Shown: positions 47,412 to 57,534, counted from the first letter of the stretch. The stretch: DNA of 64,000 nt from a bacterium (GCA_021814165.1 JAKAIX010000001.1:150787-214786), one strand, 5' to 3'. Program-made: numbers and translations. Notes: generated from the sequence alone by a model not told the origin.

Positions 47412-47461
47412 AGTCGCGTATCCTATATACTATATACTTAATACTATATACTAATAACCGT

Positions 47462-48583
47462 ATGCCTCATCTCGCCCTCTACCGCAAATACCGCCCGCTT
47501 GCCTTCGAGGATCTCGTAGGGCAAGAGCATGTCGTCCGCATCTTGAAGGAGGCGGCGCGCCAGGACAAGCTCGCGCATGCCTATCTTTTTGCGGGGCCGC
47601 GCGGCACGGGAAAGACCACGACGGCGCGCCTCATCGCGAAGATCGCGAACTGCGAAAAGCGCTCGAATGACGCGAAATTCACCGCAAAAGGCGAACCCTG
47701 CAACGAGTGCGCCGCCTGCCGCGCCATTGACGAGGGGCACGCAATCGACGTCGTTGAAATTGATGCCGCTTCAAACCGCGGCATCGACGAGATACGAAAC
47801 CTGAAAGAGAGCGTCCGCGTCACCCCCTCAACCGCACGGTATAAAGTGTTCATCATCGACGAGGCGCACATGCTCACAAAAGACGCCTGGAATGCGCTTC
47901 TGAAAACACTCGAAGAACCACCCGCACACGTGATACTAATCCTCGCAACGACGGAAATCGAAAAAGTACCGCTCACCATCAGCTCGCGTACGCAGAAGTT
48001 TTATTTCAAGCGCGCCACGCTCCAAGAGATCACAAAAAAACTGAAGAAGGTCGTCGACGACGAAGGAATTAAAATATCGAACGAGGCGTTGAATCTCGTC
48101 GCAACCTCCGCGGAAGGAAGCTTCAGGGACGCGGAGTCGCTTCTTGATCAGCTTATCTCCCTGGATGACAAAGACATCACGCTCCCCGAGGTTGAGCATA
48201 TGATAGGGAAAGTCGGATTCGACAAGCTCTCCCGTTTCGCCGGACTCCTCCTTGAAGAGGACGTGGATGACGCGCTTGCGACGCTCGCGGAAATTGAAGA
48301 CGGCGGATTCAACCTCGTGCAGTTTACGAAGGATCTTATCCAGTATCTCCGCCGCGTCACGGTGCTCGCGACAAACCCGAAAATGGAAGAATACTTCAAG
48401 GAAGAACTCATGGAAGAGCACCTGAAGACGATTACGGACGCGGCAAAGCTCTTCACGCCCGCGCACGTGAAGCTTCTCGAAGCGCTTATGGAGGCCTACG
48501 GCGAGATGCGCTATAGCCAGTTCCCCATCATCCCGCTCGAGGTGGCGCTTCTGAACGCTCTTCCTAAAAAGAAAGGGGCATGA
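47462..48583 (+). CDS. dnaX: DNA polymerase III subunit gamma/tau (short form)
   Basis: LYRKYRP..F, GPRGTGKT, EIDAASNRG, IIDEAHML and GSFRDA motifs. Confidence 0.95.
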   Translation: MPHLALYRKYRPLAFEDLVGQEHVVRILKEAARQDKLAHAYLFAGPRGTGKTTTARLIAKIANCEKRSNDAKFTAKGEPCNECAACRAIDEGHAIDVVEIDAASNRGIDEIRNLKESVRVTPSTARYKVFIIDEAHMLTKDAWNALLKTLEEPPAHVILILATTEIEKVPLTISSRTQKFYFKRATLQEITKKLKKVVDDEGIKISNEALNLVATSAEGSFRDAESLLDQLISLDDKDITLPEVEHMIGKVGFDKLSRFAGLLLEEDVDDALATLAEIEDGGFNLVQFTKDLIQYLRRVTVLATNPKMEEYFKEELMEEHLKTITDAAKLFTPAHVKLLEALMEAYGEMRYSQFPIIPLEVALLNALPKKKGA

Positions 48584-49232
48584 GAAGCAAATGAAGGAAC
48601 CCTTGAATCGCAAGCGTACATAACGCGGCGACGAGAAGCGGTATACCGAGCGTGGTATACCGCTCTTTTGTTACGAGCCCGCGTATCACGGAAATGAGCA
48701 CTACAAAAAGAAGCGCGAGAGGAAGAAACGCGACGAAATTCGGCCAACCGACCGCGAGAGCGAGTGCAAATCCGAGTTCCGTTTCCCCCGTCTCGAAAAA
48801 TCGCTCATTGTATTTCTGGAGCATCTTCAAAAATAGAAAAAAGAGAAAAGCGATAAGCGCGCCGAGAAGGAACGGGAACCAGAAATGCTGGAGCGAGTAG
48901 AATATGAAATATCCCGAAGGAACTTGGAACACTCCGGGGAACGTTTCGACGAGCGGCACCGGGATATTCTTCGGGAGCGACGTTGTGAGAAGCGATTTAG
49001 AGAGCGGATCTTGCGACCACACATAATGCTGACTCCACGTGAGAAGCCCCGCGTTCGTCACTTGAAGCGCGAGAAGAAGAAAAATAACGGCGATGAAAAC
49101 ATGTCTTCTCGTCGTTCCCTGATATTTCAGATAGAAAAAGAGCGCGACAAGCGCCGCTCCTCCCGAGATGATTCTCGGAAGCCATTCAAGAAACGGGCCA
49201 AGAAGAAAATTCGTCATAACTCCCGATATCAC
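48564..49232 (-). CDS. Multi-TM membrane protein
   Basis: About six TM segments; the C-terminus loosely resembles the prepilin peptidase C-terminal region. Confidence 0.65.
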   Translation of the reverse strand: MISGVMTNFLLGPFLEWLPRIISGGAALVALFFYLKYQGTTRRHVFIAVIFLLLALQVTNAGLLTWSQHYVWSQDPLSKSLLTTSLPKNIPVPLVETFPGVFQVPSGYFIFYSLQHFWFPFLLGALIAFLFFLFLKMLQKYNERFFETGETELGFALALAVGWPNFVAFLPLALLFVVLISVIRGLVTKERYTTLGIPLLVAALCTLAIQGFLHLLLMPLSF

Positions 49233-49891
49233 TTGTTGAAGACAAGGTATTTTCCTTCGCCAACGATCCGTACTTTTTTGCCGGTTACCTTGAGCGCCGA
49301 GCGATCGTCTAACGCATATATCGGCTCGCGGATCTGCTCCGCAATCCCTTCAAGATACTTTTTCCTCAGTAGGGGGAAATGCGGCGAATTCAGATGCGGA
49401 CGAATATGAAAGTTCACGTACCCCAGCGCCTTATTCGCCCGATACCCGAATCGCTTCTCGTAATGGATCCGCTTGTCTTTATTACTCAATTCAAGCGTGG
49501 GTGCCGTAACGATGCTCCCCGCACTGATACCCGCATATACTCTTGTTTTTAAAAGATCCGGAAGAAGTTTCTTGAGCCCCGACTTTTCAAGCCAGAACAT
49601 CAGATGGAGGGTATTTCCTCCCGAGAAGAAGAGTACATCGGCCGCCTTGAGTCGCGGAAGCCATATTTTTTTCGGAAGTGCGGCGATATCAACGATATCA
49701 AGGCGCTTCAATCCTTGTTTTGTGAGATTATGGAGATCATTCACAAGCCATCCTTTATCTTCGGCATCCACATCTGCCGAGGTGGGAACGAACGCGATCA
49801 CGGTATCTTTCGGTTTTTTGCCAACAAGACTGAAAAGCGCGTTCGCAATGGATTTATTCGTTAGTCCGCCGGAGGTAAGTAGAAGTTTCAT
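49229..49891 (-). CDS. Peptidase S51 (PepE-like, class I GATase fold)
   Basis: LLTSGG, FVPTS, SGGNT, GISAG and RPH motifs. Confidence 0.88.
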   Translation of the reverse strand: MKLLLTSGGLTNKSIANALFSLVGKKPKDTVIAFVPTSADVDAEDKGWLVNDLHNLTKQGLKRLDIVDIAALPKKIWLPRLKAADVLFFSGGNTLHLMFWLEKSGLKKLLPDLLKTRVYAGISAGSIVTAPTLELSNKDKRIHYEKRFGYRANKALGYVNFHIRPHLNSPHFPLLRKKYLEGIAEQIREPIYALDDRSALKVTGKKVRIVGEGKYLVFNK

Positions 49892-49897
49892 GTTTAA

Positions 49898-50371
49898 TTA
49901 TGGAAGTTTTATTTCAATCCGTATATCAATGTTCTCATCACCGATTTTTTCGTCACTGTTTAACCACACTTTCTCCGGTACCGCTTTGTAGATGCGACGC
50001 GGGCGCATATCAAGAAAATGGCTCACATCCCTGAGTTTTTTCTTCTTCCTCGTGTAGAGAAAATAAATCGCCTTTGCCATTTCTTTTGGGTCAGTTACCA
50101 CAGATGCCTTAGCTTGCACATATACCCCCTCACCCGTTCCTTCGGGCACCGTCGAATCATAAATCGCAAGAAACACATTCGGGTTCGCTTCAATATTCTT
50201 ACTATGCTGAGCAGCTCTGGGAGAAACCCAATAGAAAGTGTAACTATCTTTATCGTAGGCAGAATATACGGGGCTGTTCCACGGTTTACCCTCGGGAGTC
50301 ACGCTCGCAATCGTAATGTAGATTATTTTCTCGATAATCTCCCTTGCGCGAGCAATCAAGTCCTCTTGCAT
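49898..50371 (-). CDS. Pyridoxamine 5'-phosphate oxidase-like protein
   Basis: IASVTPEGKPW, YWVS...HSKNI..NPNV. Confidence 0.85.
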   Translation of the reverse strand: MQEDLIARAREIIEKIIYITIASVTPEGKPWNSPVYSAYDKDSYTFYWVSPRAAQHSKNIEANPNVFLAIYDSTVPEGTGEGVYVQAKASVVTDPKEMAKAIYFLYTRKKKKLRDVSHFLDMRPRRIYKAVPEKVWLNSDEKIGDENIDIRIEIKLP

Positions 50372-50414
50372 AAGAAAATAATACCTCCCTCTTTTCTCGA
50401 GGGCAAACTCAATT

Positions 50415-51350
50415 TTAACGTTCCTTTCCCTTCAAAATCCTAAAGAAATCTTTCTTGAATCTCCCGCCGTCAACCTTCGTCGCAACGAGTACATTCACGT
50501 CCTTCATTCCCCAGATCCTCCGCTCCGCAACCGTCATGCCGCGCGTGAACTCGCCTTTCGTTTCAATCCTCACGTCCATCGGTTCCAAGATATACGCATT
50601 GGGATCAACGAAATAGTACGCGGCAAGCGGATCGTACACCAGCGCACCTTTTACCTTTTCGTTCATCGAGATTCCCGAGATGTATTTCTCCATCATTTTG
50701 GAAACCGGTTCGTAAAGCGGGGTGCCTTTCAGCGCATTAAAGTCGGACTTTGTGAGAATAATATCGTTGCACACATCGAGCGGCACAAGCACTTTCTCGA
50801 CAGGCGCATTGAACACAATCTCCGCGGCTTCGGGATCCACGAATATATTGAACTCAGCGACCCTGCTTTCATTTCCGGGAGCCGCGATCGAGCCCCCCAT
50901 AATCACCATCCGCTTTACGAGGCGTGGTAATTCCGGGTCGAGAAGAAACGCTTGGGCGACGTTCGTCTCCGGTCCTATGGCGAGGATTGAAATTTCCCCC
51001 GGATTTTCCCTTATGATCGATATAATCCTCCGGACCGCATCCCCCGTAAGCTTGCCGCCGCGTTCCACCGGGGCTCCGTCCAATCCGTTCTCTCCATGCA
51101 CCACGGCGCGTACCAGCGCTCTTTTGAGCGGTTTCGAAGAACCCGAATAGAGCGGCGCGTCGCTTCCCAAGAGCCCCAAAACGTATCTGGCATTATCCGT
51201 CACGTTCTGGATAGTGCCATTTCCCGCAACTGTGGTTACGGCTTTGATATCCACCATCTCCGAATACTCAAGCAGCATGATCGCCAACGCATCGTCGTGC
51301 CCCGGGTCGGTATCTATAATGATCGGTACCTTTTTATTGTTTTGTTTCAT
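50415..51350 (-). CDS. Nucleoside hydrolase (IU-NH family)
   Basis: IIDTDPGHDDA, VHGENGL, MGG and AEFNIFVDPEAA motifs. Confidence 0.93.
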   Translation of the reverse strand: MKQNNKKVPIIIDTDPGHDDALAIMLLEYSEMVDIKAVTTVAGNGTIQNVTDNARYVLGLLGSDAPLYSGSSKPLKRALVRAVVHGENGLDGAPVERGGKLTGDAVRRIISIIRENPGEISILAIGPETNVAQAFLLDPELPRLVKRMVIMGGSIAAPGNESRVAEFNIFVDPEAAEIVFNAPVEKVLVPLDVCNDIILTKSDFNALKGTPLYEPVSKMMEKYISGISMNEKVKGALVYDPLAAYYFVDPNAYILEPMDVRIETKGEFTRGMTVAERRIWGMKDVNVLVATKVDGGRFKKDFFRILKGKER

Positions 51351-51459
51351 TTGTCTCCGGATATTCGAACAATCGCCGACACAGGGAGATGGCCCGATGC
51401 CTTCGAGAAAAAAATCCATGTTTGCTGACGATGCTGTTCCCGATCATTTTGAAATCAAA

Positions 51460-51867
51460 CTAATTTTCCTCTCGTGGATACAACCACAATAACACTCCGA
51501 CCCACAAAAAACCTAAGATTCCCTCCACGATGGTTTGCGTGCTTTTTTCAAAAGCTCCCAACGCGGCGAAATCGATCTTAAAAACTATCCAGAAACTGAA
51601 AATCGATGCGGCGGTGGCGCTCACGATCACCGCTTTCAGCATGTCCTTATTCTTAACCGGATCTCTTGCAATGACGATCAGAAAATATGCCAAGATAACC
51701 GCAACGAGAGCGATTACGGAATCTTGATAGGGCGCGTAGAGCGCTCCGTCAAACCACGGGAAAAGCGTAAGCCCGAACCAGTGAGCAACAGCGCCAATGA
51801 TGTAGTACGCGGCACCGAGGTATAATACGGACCTGAGCGCACCTCGTTTTTTTAACTCTTCCTGCAT
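51460..51867 (-). CDS. Four-TM membrane protein
   Basis: Hydrophobic 135 aa ORF; TATAAT 6 nt upstream of the start. Confidence 0.7.
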   Translation of the reverse strand: MQEELKKRGALRSVLYLGAAYYIIGAVAHWFGLTLFPWFDGALYAPYQDSVIALVAVILAYFLIVIARDPVKNKDMLKAVIVSATAASIFSFWIVFKIDFAALGAFEKSTQTIVEGILGFLWVGVLLWLYPREEN

Positions 51868-51890
51868 ACAACAATTATACTCTCCTCACC

Positions 51891-52544
51891 CTAAAGAAAA
51901 TTCATTATTTCTTTGAGGTCTTCAACCTTCTTCCAAGCGATGTTTTCGAGATGGTGGGCTCCTTCCGACCTCACCATTATTCCGTTCCCGGTAAGAGAAA
52001 ATAATTTCACGTCGTTATAGCCATCGCCGACTACGGCACAGTCCGAGGGGTTGAGATTCTGCTCGCGGCAAAATTCCAAAAACTGTTCAAGCTTCTTTTC
52101 CCCCTGTTTTACATCGTAATCAAAATCTATCAGCTTCCCGCTTTCATCCCATACGAACCGCGCGTTCGGTATGAAATACGCTACCCCGAGCCGTTTTGCA
52201 ACCACCTCGGCATAGAGATCGACGGCACCGGTAATAAGGCAGATAAGATATCCTTTCGACTTCAGATAATCGACGAGCTCTTCCGCTCCCTCCCGGAAAG
52301 GCCAGCTCATGAACAACTTCTCAAAAAAATCCTTATTGGCATTCCCGGTTGCCTGCCACAATTTGAGTAACTCCCCTTTTGAGATTTCGTAGGCTATCGT
52401 TCCGTCACGATGTCCCCGATAAAGTTCAAGATGTTTCTCTACCGATCCCCCCAGATCTCTCGTAAGCGCGGTCCACGACACATCCGGAGTTAATGTTCCG
52501 TCTATGTCGAATATAACGGCTTTGAATGCATGATTATCGTTCAT
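51891..52544 (-). CDS. HAD-IB family phosphatase (SerB-like)
   Basis: FDIDGTL, ITG, K and VGDGYND motifs. Confidence 0.88.
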   Translation of the reverse strand: MNDNHAFKAVIFDIDGTLTPDVSWTALTRDLGGSVEKHLELYRGHRDGTIAYEISKGELLKLWQATGNANKDFFEKLFMSWPFREGAEELVDYLKSKGYLICLITGAVDLYAEVVAKRLGVAYFIPNARFVWDESGKLIDFDYDVKQGEKKLEQFLEFCREQNLNPSDCAVVGDGYNDVKLFSLTGNGIMVRSEGAHHLENIAWKKVEDLKEIMNFL

Positions 52545-52625
52545 ATGCCGATTCCGATATTCTTGGTGCTTTAGTTTGAAATTATCCAGCAAATAAGCTA
52601 TTTTATCAATGTTCGCTTAAACGAT

Positions 52626-52696
52626 TGGGGGATCGTCTAACGGTAGGACACATCCCTTTGGAGGATGGTATCGGGGTTCGAATCCCTGTCCCCCAG
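52626..52696 (+). tRNA. tRNA-Gln(TTG)
   Basis: TGGGGGA/TCCCCCA acceptor stem; CATCC-CT-TTG-GA-GGATG anticodon arm; GGTTCGAATCC T-arm. Confidence 0.95.
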
Positions 52697-52747
52697 CTCA
52701 TAAAACATTGAAAGCGGTATGAATATCCATGCCGCTTTCGTTTATAA

Positions 52748-53374
52748 CTAAGAACTGAACTGTTGAATTGCTGTAATAACTTCATCATCAGAAATATCAG
52801 GGAAGGAAAAATAAAAGATTCCAGAAGTCGGGTTTTTTAGCTTTGTCTCTCTCCAAAAGAAAATCTCGTAACTCTTGAACATCTTTCTGATCCGTGAAGT
52901 GACGACAGGGATGGCGATTATAATTTCTTTTACACCAATCAGCTGCATTGCTCGTACTACTATACTTAGGGTAGTACCAGATACGGCACCGTCATCACAG
53001 ATAATTACCCTCTCCTTTGGAGAAAATTCTTTTCCTGCATTCAAGAGCGCTTGTCTCTTTGAAAGCCCTTCGAATAATGGAGTAGGAAATCCCCGTAACG
53101 TAGAGAAATCATCAAAAGGTTTGATCTTATTCTTATTTGCAAGATATCCATTTTTCTGAGACGTGATACAAATGACACCATCATCAAAGATCTTTTTACC
53201 GATCGCAAAAGGAAGAAGTTGTATATTGCATCTTTTTGCAATCTCGAGACCAACCATCACACCTCCCTTGGCAATTCCTACGACACAGAAATCTGGCCAG
53301 CTCTTTTGATCAAGATTTTTCGCCACAATATCAGCAAGTATCTTTCCTGCATGAGCTCTGTCTTTAAAGAACAT
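52748..53374 (-). CDS. Type I phosphoribosyltransferase-like protein
   Basis: FKDRAHAG, GIAKGG and VIICDDGAVSGTT PRPP loop; GGAGG SD. Confidence 0.8.
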   Translation of the reverse strand: MFFKDRAHAGKILADIVAKNLDQKSWPDFCVVGIAKGGVMVGLEIAKRCNIQLLPFAIGKKIFDDGVICITSQKNGYLANKNKIKPFDDFSTLRGFPTPLFEGLSKRQALLNAGKEFSPKERVIICDDGAVSGTTLSIVVRAMQLIGVKEIIIAIPVVTSRIRKMFKSYEIFFWRETKLKNPTSGIFYFSFPDISDDEVITAIQQFSS

Positions 53375-53456
53375 AGTAACCTCCAACAAATAAGGAAAAA
53401 TGTGCGTGGAGAAGAAATTCCTCCACGCTTTATACAAACGCTGGGATACGGTTCTG

Positions 53457-53744
53457 TTAACAAGAAGAAATGTGATTGCTTTTTACCAGTTCTTTCATTT
53501 CATCAAGGTTAACGTCTAAATCATCTGTAATTGCCTTTGCGCCGCCTTCAACTAAATCGGCAGCGAGATGTTGTGCAACAACTTCAACACCTTTGAGCTT
53601 GCTTTTTTTAAAGCTTTTTCCATTCATGCGTTCCTGCACAATCTGGCCAGCTCTTGTAATAACAAGCTCTTTGAAGTCATCGCTAGTCATTTTTTCTTGA
53701 ATTTCAGCGACGAGACCGCAGTGATTGATGATATAGTCACTCAT
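53457..53744 (-). CDS. Hypothetical protein
   Basis: AGGAG SD; promoter TTGACT-17-TTTAAT at 53831-53859. Confidence 0.65.
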   Translation of the reverse strand: MSDYIINHCGLVAEIQEKMTSDDFKELVITRAGQIVQERMNGKSFKKSKLKGVEVVAQHLAADLVEGGAKAITDDLDVNLDEMKELVKSNHISSC

Positions 53745-53975
53745 TGGTAACTCCTAAAGATAGTTTATGGATATTTCTCCCTTAAAGGCGGAGAATTCAA
53801 CCTTTTTTTACTATTTAGTTTCTGGGGTGAATTAAAGCATTTCTTTGTGATGTAGTCAATAGCAGGCTTCGTACAGAGACATCACTCCAAAACTCGTTCA
53901 AAGATCGTCTAAGACCCATCAGCCCGACAAAATAATAAAGCGAATACATCGTATTCGCTTTATTTTTTCTAAGGA

Positions 53976-54830
53976 TTAAACCTGGATATACTTCTTCGGG
54001 ATGATTCCATATTCTTTTCTGAATTTCTCTTCAGGGAAATCATCAATTACAACTTCAAGTTCTGCTCCTTTGAGGTCAAATTTCGAAAGAATCGGGCAGG
54101 TGAATCCAAATCCTTTTAACTTAGTTTGGACGTTTTTGGGATCACTATCCGAGATGATACAAAATTGTTTATCAGATCCCAGTTCTTCGATCTTTTTCTG
54201 AATCTTCTGGTTTATCTTCCCATCTACTACCAGTGTTCCCTGAAAGTCTATAAACACTCCTTCCAGATATTTCCCTTCAAATCTTCCTGCAGTCTTGCGT
54301 TCCCAGTTTCTCACCTTTTCTATTATTTCTTTTTCTGTTCCTGTAAACCCGGCTTTTTGTGCTCGATCAAGCCACAATACCATTCGTTCGGGATCTGCTT
54401 CTGCGTAATGTAAATCATGGCGAAGTATCGAGACTTCTCGTTCAAACATCTCAATTTCGAACGCAAACTTCCCGAGTGTGCTTTCCTTTTTCTCACCCTT
54501 TTTCAACATCTGATAAGTAGTAACAATTTGAACAAGTTGAGGAGGAAGTTGAAGAAATGCAAGGTTTTTGTAGCATAGAAGTCCTGCCAACTCCGGTCTT
54601 ATCGAGAGAAGACCTTGCTTACTCATGAAGCTCATGAGAATTACTATCTTTTTTGGATCATCGGCATACTCTTTCGCGGTATTCAGACCATTAAAGTCTG
54701 TGCGAAGAGAAGACTCGCTCGATTTGTATTCAGCACACACGAGATATAGATCGTCCGCTCCGTTTTCTACAAGCGGAGTAAGTGCTCGTTGCAATGCCTC
54801 CTTCACGGGGCTTTCAAAAATTATTTCCAT
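53976..54830 (-). CDS. Hypothetical protein with C-terminal HAD-like domain
   Basis: GVFIDFQGTLV and VVIDD; GGGAG SD; promoter TTGACA-17-TATAGT at 54883-54911. Confidence 0.65.
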   Translation of the reverse strand: MEIIFESPVKEALQRALTPLVENGADDLYLVCAEYKSSESSLRTDFNGLNTAKEYADDPKKIVILMSFMSKQGLLSIRPELAGLLCYKNLAFLQLPPQLVQIVTTYQMLKKGEKKESTLGKFAFEIEMFEREVSILRHDLHYAEADPERMVLWLDRAQKAGFTGTEKEIIEKVRNWERKTAGRFEGKYLEGVFIDFQGTLVVDGKINQKIQKKIEELGSDKQFCIISDSDPKNVQTKLKGFGFTCPILSKFDLKGAELEVVIDDFPEEKFRKEYGIIPKKYIQV

Positions 54831-55010
54831 CTTTTCTATCTCCCTAGCTAGTTTGAAATTATTAAAGATAAATTGTGGATTAACTATAAACCGAAAGTAA
54901 TTCCTTGTCAATTTAAAACTAAGGGAATTATATACGGTCCTGTTCTTGTTCAAAGATCGTCCAAGACCCCCAGAAAGGTCAACGGGTCGATCCTCTCGAA
55001 TCGAGTTTTT

Positions 55011-55613
55011 CTAGAACGAGCCTGTTTTTACTTCTCCGTCGCGTTTGTAGTTGGCGAATATGACGCCCTTCGGAGTATACGAGCAATTCTCCAACGTGAA
55101 CGCAGTCGGGATCGCGCCGCCATCGAAAAGGCGCTTCCCGGAGCCGAGCGTGATCGGGAAAATTTTGAGCCACAGCTCGTCCACGAGATCGTTCTTGAGG
55201 AGCGTCTGGATGAAATTGCCGCTGCCGTGCACCTGAAGCTCCGGACCATCCGATTGTTTCAGTTTTTTTATTTCATCCACCACATTATCTTTGAGTATTA
55301 CGGTCTTTTCCCAATCGGAACCGGCGAGCGTAGTCGAAGCTACATATTTGGTCGCGGCGTTGATTCCCGCTCCGATGATGCCCTCGTTGTGCTGAGGCCA
55401 GTATGACCTGAAAATATCATAGGTCTTTCTTCCAAGGAGCAGATCAAAGGGATGTCCCAACTGTGCGATCATCATCGCACCACTATGCTCATCGCTATAC
55501 GGAACCGTCCATCCGCCATATTTGAAGCCGCCCGACGTATCTTCCTGCGGACCGCCCGGCGCCTGCATCACGCCATCAAGCGTGATGAACGAAAGAATAA
55601 TTACTTTTCTCAT
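55011..55613 (-). CDS. Dihydrofolate reductase-like (RibD C-terminal) protein
   Basis: FITLDGVMQAPGG, LLGRKTY, HGSG and LVDEL...P..LGSGKRLF. Confidence 0.92.
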   Translation of the reverse strand: MRKVIILSFITLDGVMQAPGGPQEDTSGGFKYGGWTVPYSDEHSGAMMIAQLGHPFDLLLGRKTYDIFRSYWPQHNEGIIGAGINAATKYVASTTLAGSDWEKTVILKDNVVDEIKKLKQSDGPELQVHGSGNFIQTLLKNDLVDELWLKIFPITLGSGKRLFDGGAIPTAFTLENCSYTPKGVIFANYKRDGEVKTGSF

Positions 55614-55755
55614 GAAGGTAGTATAGCATCTTTATGACGATACTCACCCTGATTCAAAGATCACCCAAGACCCCCTAGCTATAGTTGGTAAAACAGGAAA
55701 GCGACACAAAATAATCACGTGTCGCTTTCTTTTTATTACTCATAAGAAACCATGT

Positions 55756-56445
55756 CTACCCGAGAGGAATATATCCCATATCCCTTAATGTCTGAAGAAG
55801 GAATATCTTATCTTCAAACACGCCGAGTTTTTTTGTCTCCACTCCGCCGTATTCGAGAAATAATTTCCATGCTTCTTCGTCTGCCACAGGGATCCAAAGT
55901 TCTTCTTCGTTATTCACTCTCCACCAGTTCGTTCCGCAGCTGCAGGCGAAACAATTTTCAGGAAACTGCTTCTTCGTCAGTGCTTCCCACGGGAATGGAT
56001 CCGTTTTAGAACTTTTTCGCAAATCTTCACATACGCAGGGTCCCTTATATCTTTCCTGAGGACCGGTGTATTTTTCGGGAGCAGGCGTACTGGTTCCTAC
56101 AAAAAACTCACGCATCTTTCCGCAAATGAACGCTTTCATTGCGTGGTTTATTGCGTTGTTCGCGGTGAACAAGGGTTCTTCCGTTTCCGGATCTATCCAG
56201 AATGTATCGTCATCCTTTGACCGCCTTACTTCCCAGTGGTACGAGCCGTCATTTTGTTTAATCCCCTTTGCTTCCCAGGGATCGGTGAAAACGATTCCAC
56301 CTTCGATATAATCGATCGCCGTGATTGCGCCCTTGGCGAATTTCTCCTTTTCGCTCAGGTCTTCTACCGACTCAACGACCAGATGCTGCACACAACAAGC
56401 CATAACGAGATCCGTTTCGGGACCGTGCCATTCATAAAGAGGCAT
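55756..56445 (-). CDS. Hypothetical Cys/Trp-rich protein
   Basis: AAGGAGG SD; CVC and CFACSCG; promoter TTGACG-17-TACTTT (~56500-56528); hairpin at 55698-55728. Confidence 0.7.
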   Translation of the reverse strand: MPLYEWHGPETDLVMACCVQHLVVESVEDLSEKEKFAKGAITAIDYIEGGIVFTDPWEAKGIKQNDGSYHWEVRRSKDDDTFWIDPETEEPLFTANNAINHAMKAFICGKMREFFVGTSTPAPEKYTGPQERYKGPCVCEDLRKSSKTDPFPWEALTKKQFPENCFACSCGTNWWRVNNEEELWIPVADEEAWKLFLEYGGVETKKLGVFEDKIFLLQTLRDMGYIPLG

Positions 56446-56585
56446 ATATCCTCCTTCTTTTGATTTCTATCTAGTTAATTAGAAAGTTGCTTTGATACGA
56501 AAGTACAACAATATACGGATTTCGTCAATCTACGGGTGTATCGTACTCCTTCGATAACTTTCTTGTTTCTGATATAATCGAGGAC

Positions 56586-56993
56586 ATGAATATCATTACC
56601 ATTTTAATCTCGGCGGCAGTTTGTTTTATTATCGGGTTCCTCTTCCACGGACCCCTTTTCGGAAAGGTCTGGATGAAACTCGCGAACATCACTCCCACCG
56701 GGAATGAAAAATTCTCCGACATGTGGAAGCAGATGCTTTGGAACTATATCGGGTGCGCAGTCACGGCGGCGATACTCAGCATGATGATCTGGATCGCGTC
56801 CTACTCCACGATCATGGGAATCATGACCTGGTATAAAGGCGCCATTATCGGCGCATGGCTCTGGCTGGGTTTCGTCGCGGTATGGACCTCGATGGATGTG
56901 ATATGGATGAAAAAATCCTTCAAGCTCTGGCTTTTTGATTCTGTCTCATTCCTCGTTTCCATCGCAGTAATGGGAGCGATACTGGCCGCCTAA
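56586..56993 (+). CDS. DUF1761 membrane protein
   Basis: IGFLFHGPLFGKVW and WLGF; four TM segments. Confidence 0.85.
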   Translation: MNIITILISAAVCFIIGFLFHGPLFGKVWMKLANITPTGNEKFSDMWKQMLWNYIGCAVTAAILSMMIWIASYSTIMGIMTWYKGAIIGAWLWLGFVAVWTSMDVIWMKKSFKLWLFDSVSFLVSIAVMGAILAA

Positions 56994-57018
56994 CAAGAGC
57001 GCGACCATCACTACCGGG

Positions 57019-57534
57019 CTATTTCCCCAGAAGCAGCCCGGTTAAGAAACGCGTGAAAATATCCGTGTCCGGACCGTATACTATCGCCCCGCCCAAAGTT
57101 CCGGTAAGGAACAAAAGTCCGAGGCCCACGAGCGCAAGTACAACCATCATCCAGGAGCGGAATATCGAGGTGCGCAACAAACAGACGGTTCTCCACGCCC
57201 TGAAATTCAAGAGAGACGGAAACTTCGCGACGAAGACGTTATTGACGACGTCCACGAGATACGGGATGAGGAGCACCGCGAAAGCGATCGTCGTGGCGGC
57301 AGCGAATCCGGAATGGATTTCGATTAAATCCCTCGCGTGCGGATACAAGGATTCGCCGAACTCCCCCGTTCCCAAGGCCGCGAACGCTCCCAAAAGCCCG
57401 AAGAAGAGCAGGGCAAATTTTATGTAAAACCACTCCTTAAGCGCCATGAGCTTATTCGATCTCACAAGCTCAAAAAGCCCGTAGAGCGAAAGCAGGGCTA
57501 TCGGAAAATGCACCAAGATAGGATGAATGTTCAT
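57019..57534 (-). CDS. DUF2231-like membrane protein
   Basis: HPILVHFPIAL...H...G.LGG..VYG. Confidence 0.85.
   Translation of the reverse strand: MNIHPILVHFPIALLSLYGLFELVRSNKLMALKEWFYIKFALLFFGLLGAFAALGTGEFGESLYPHARDLIEIHSGFAAATTIAFAVLLIPYLVDVVNNVFVAKFPSLLNFRAWRTVCLLRTSIFRSWMMVVLALVGLGLLFLTGTLGGAIVYGPDTDIFTRFLTGLLLGK

Larger units (their letters stand above)
53897..55673 (+). repeat. Three dispersed 21-bp direct repeats TTCAAAGATCRYCYAAGACCC (53897, 54949, 55653)
   Basis: TTCAAAGATCGTCTAAGACCC / TTCAAAGATCGTCCAAGACCC / TTCAAAGATCACCCAAGACCC, each lying between genes. Confidence 0.8.

Noticed and set aside
53897-55673. CRISPR array
   Set aside because: The repeats are 0.7-1 kb apart and separated by whole genes; no cas genes. 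The nuclease at 2425 lacks the Cas4 four-Cys layout and cas context.
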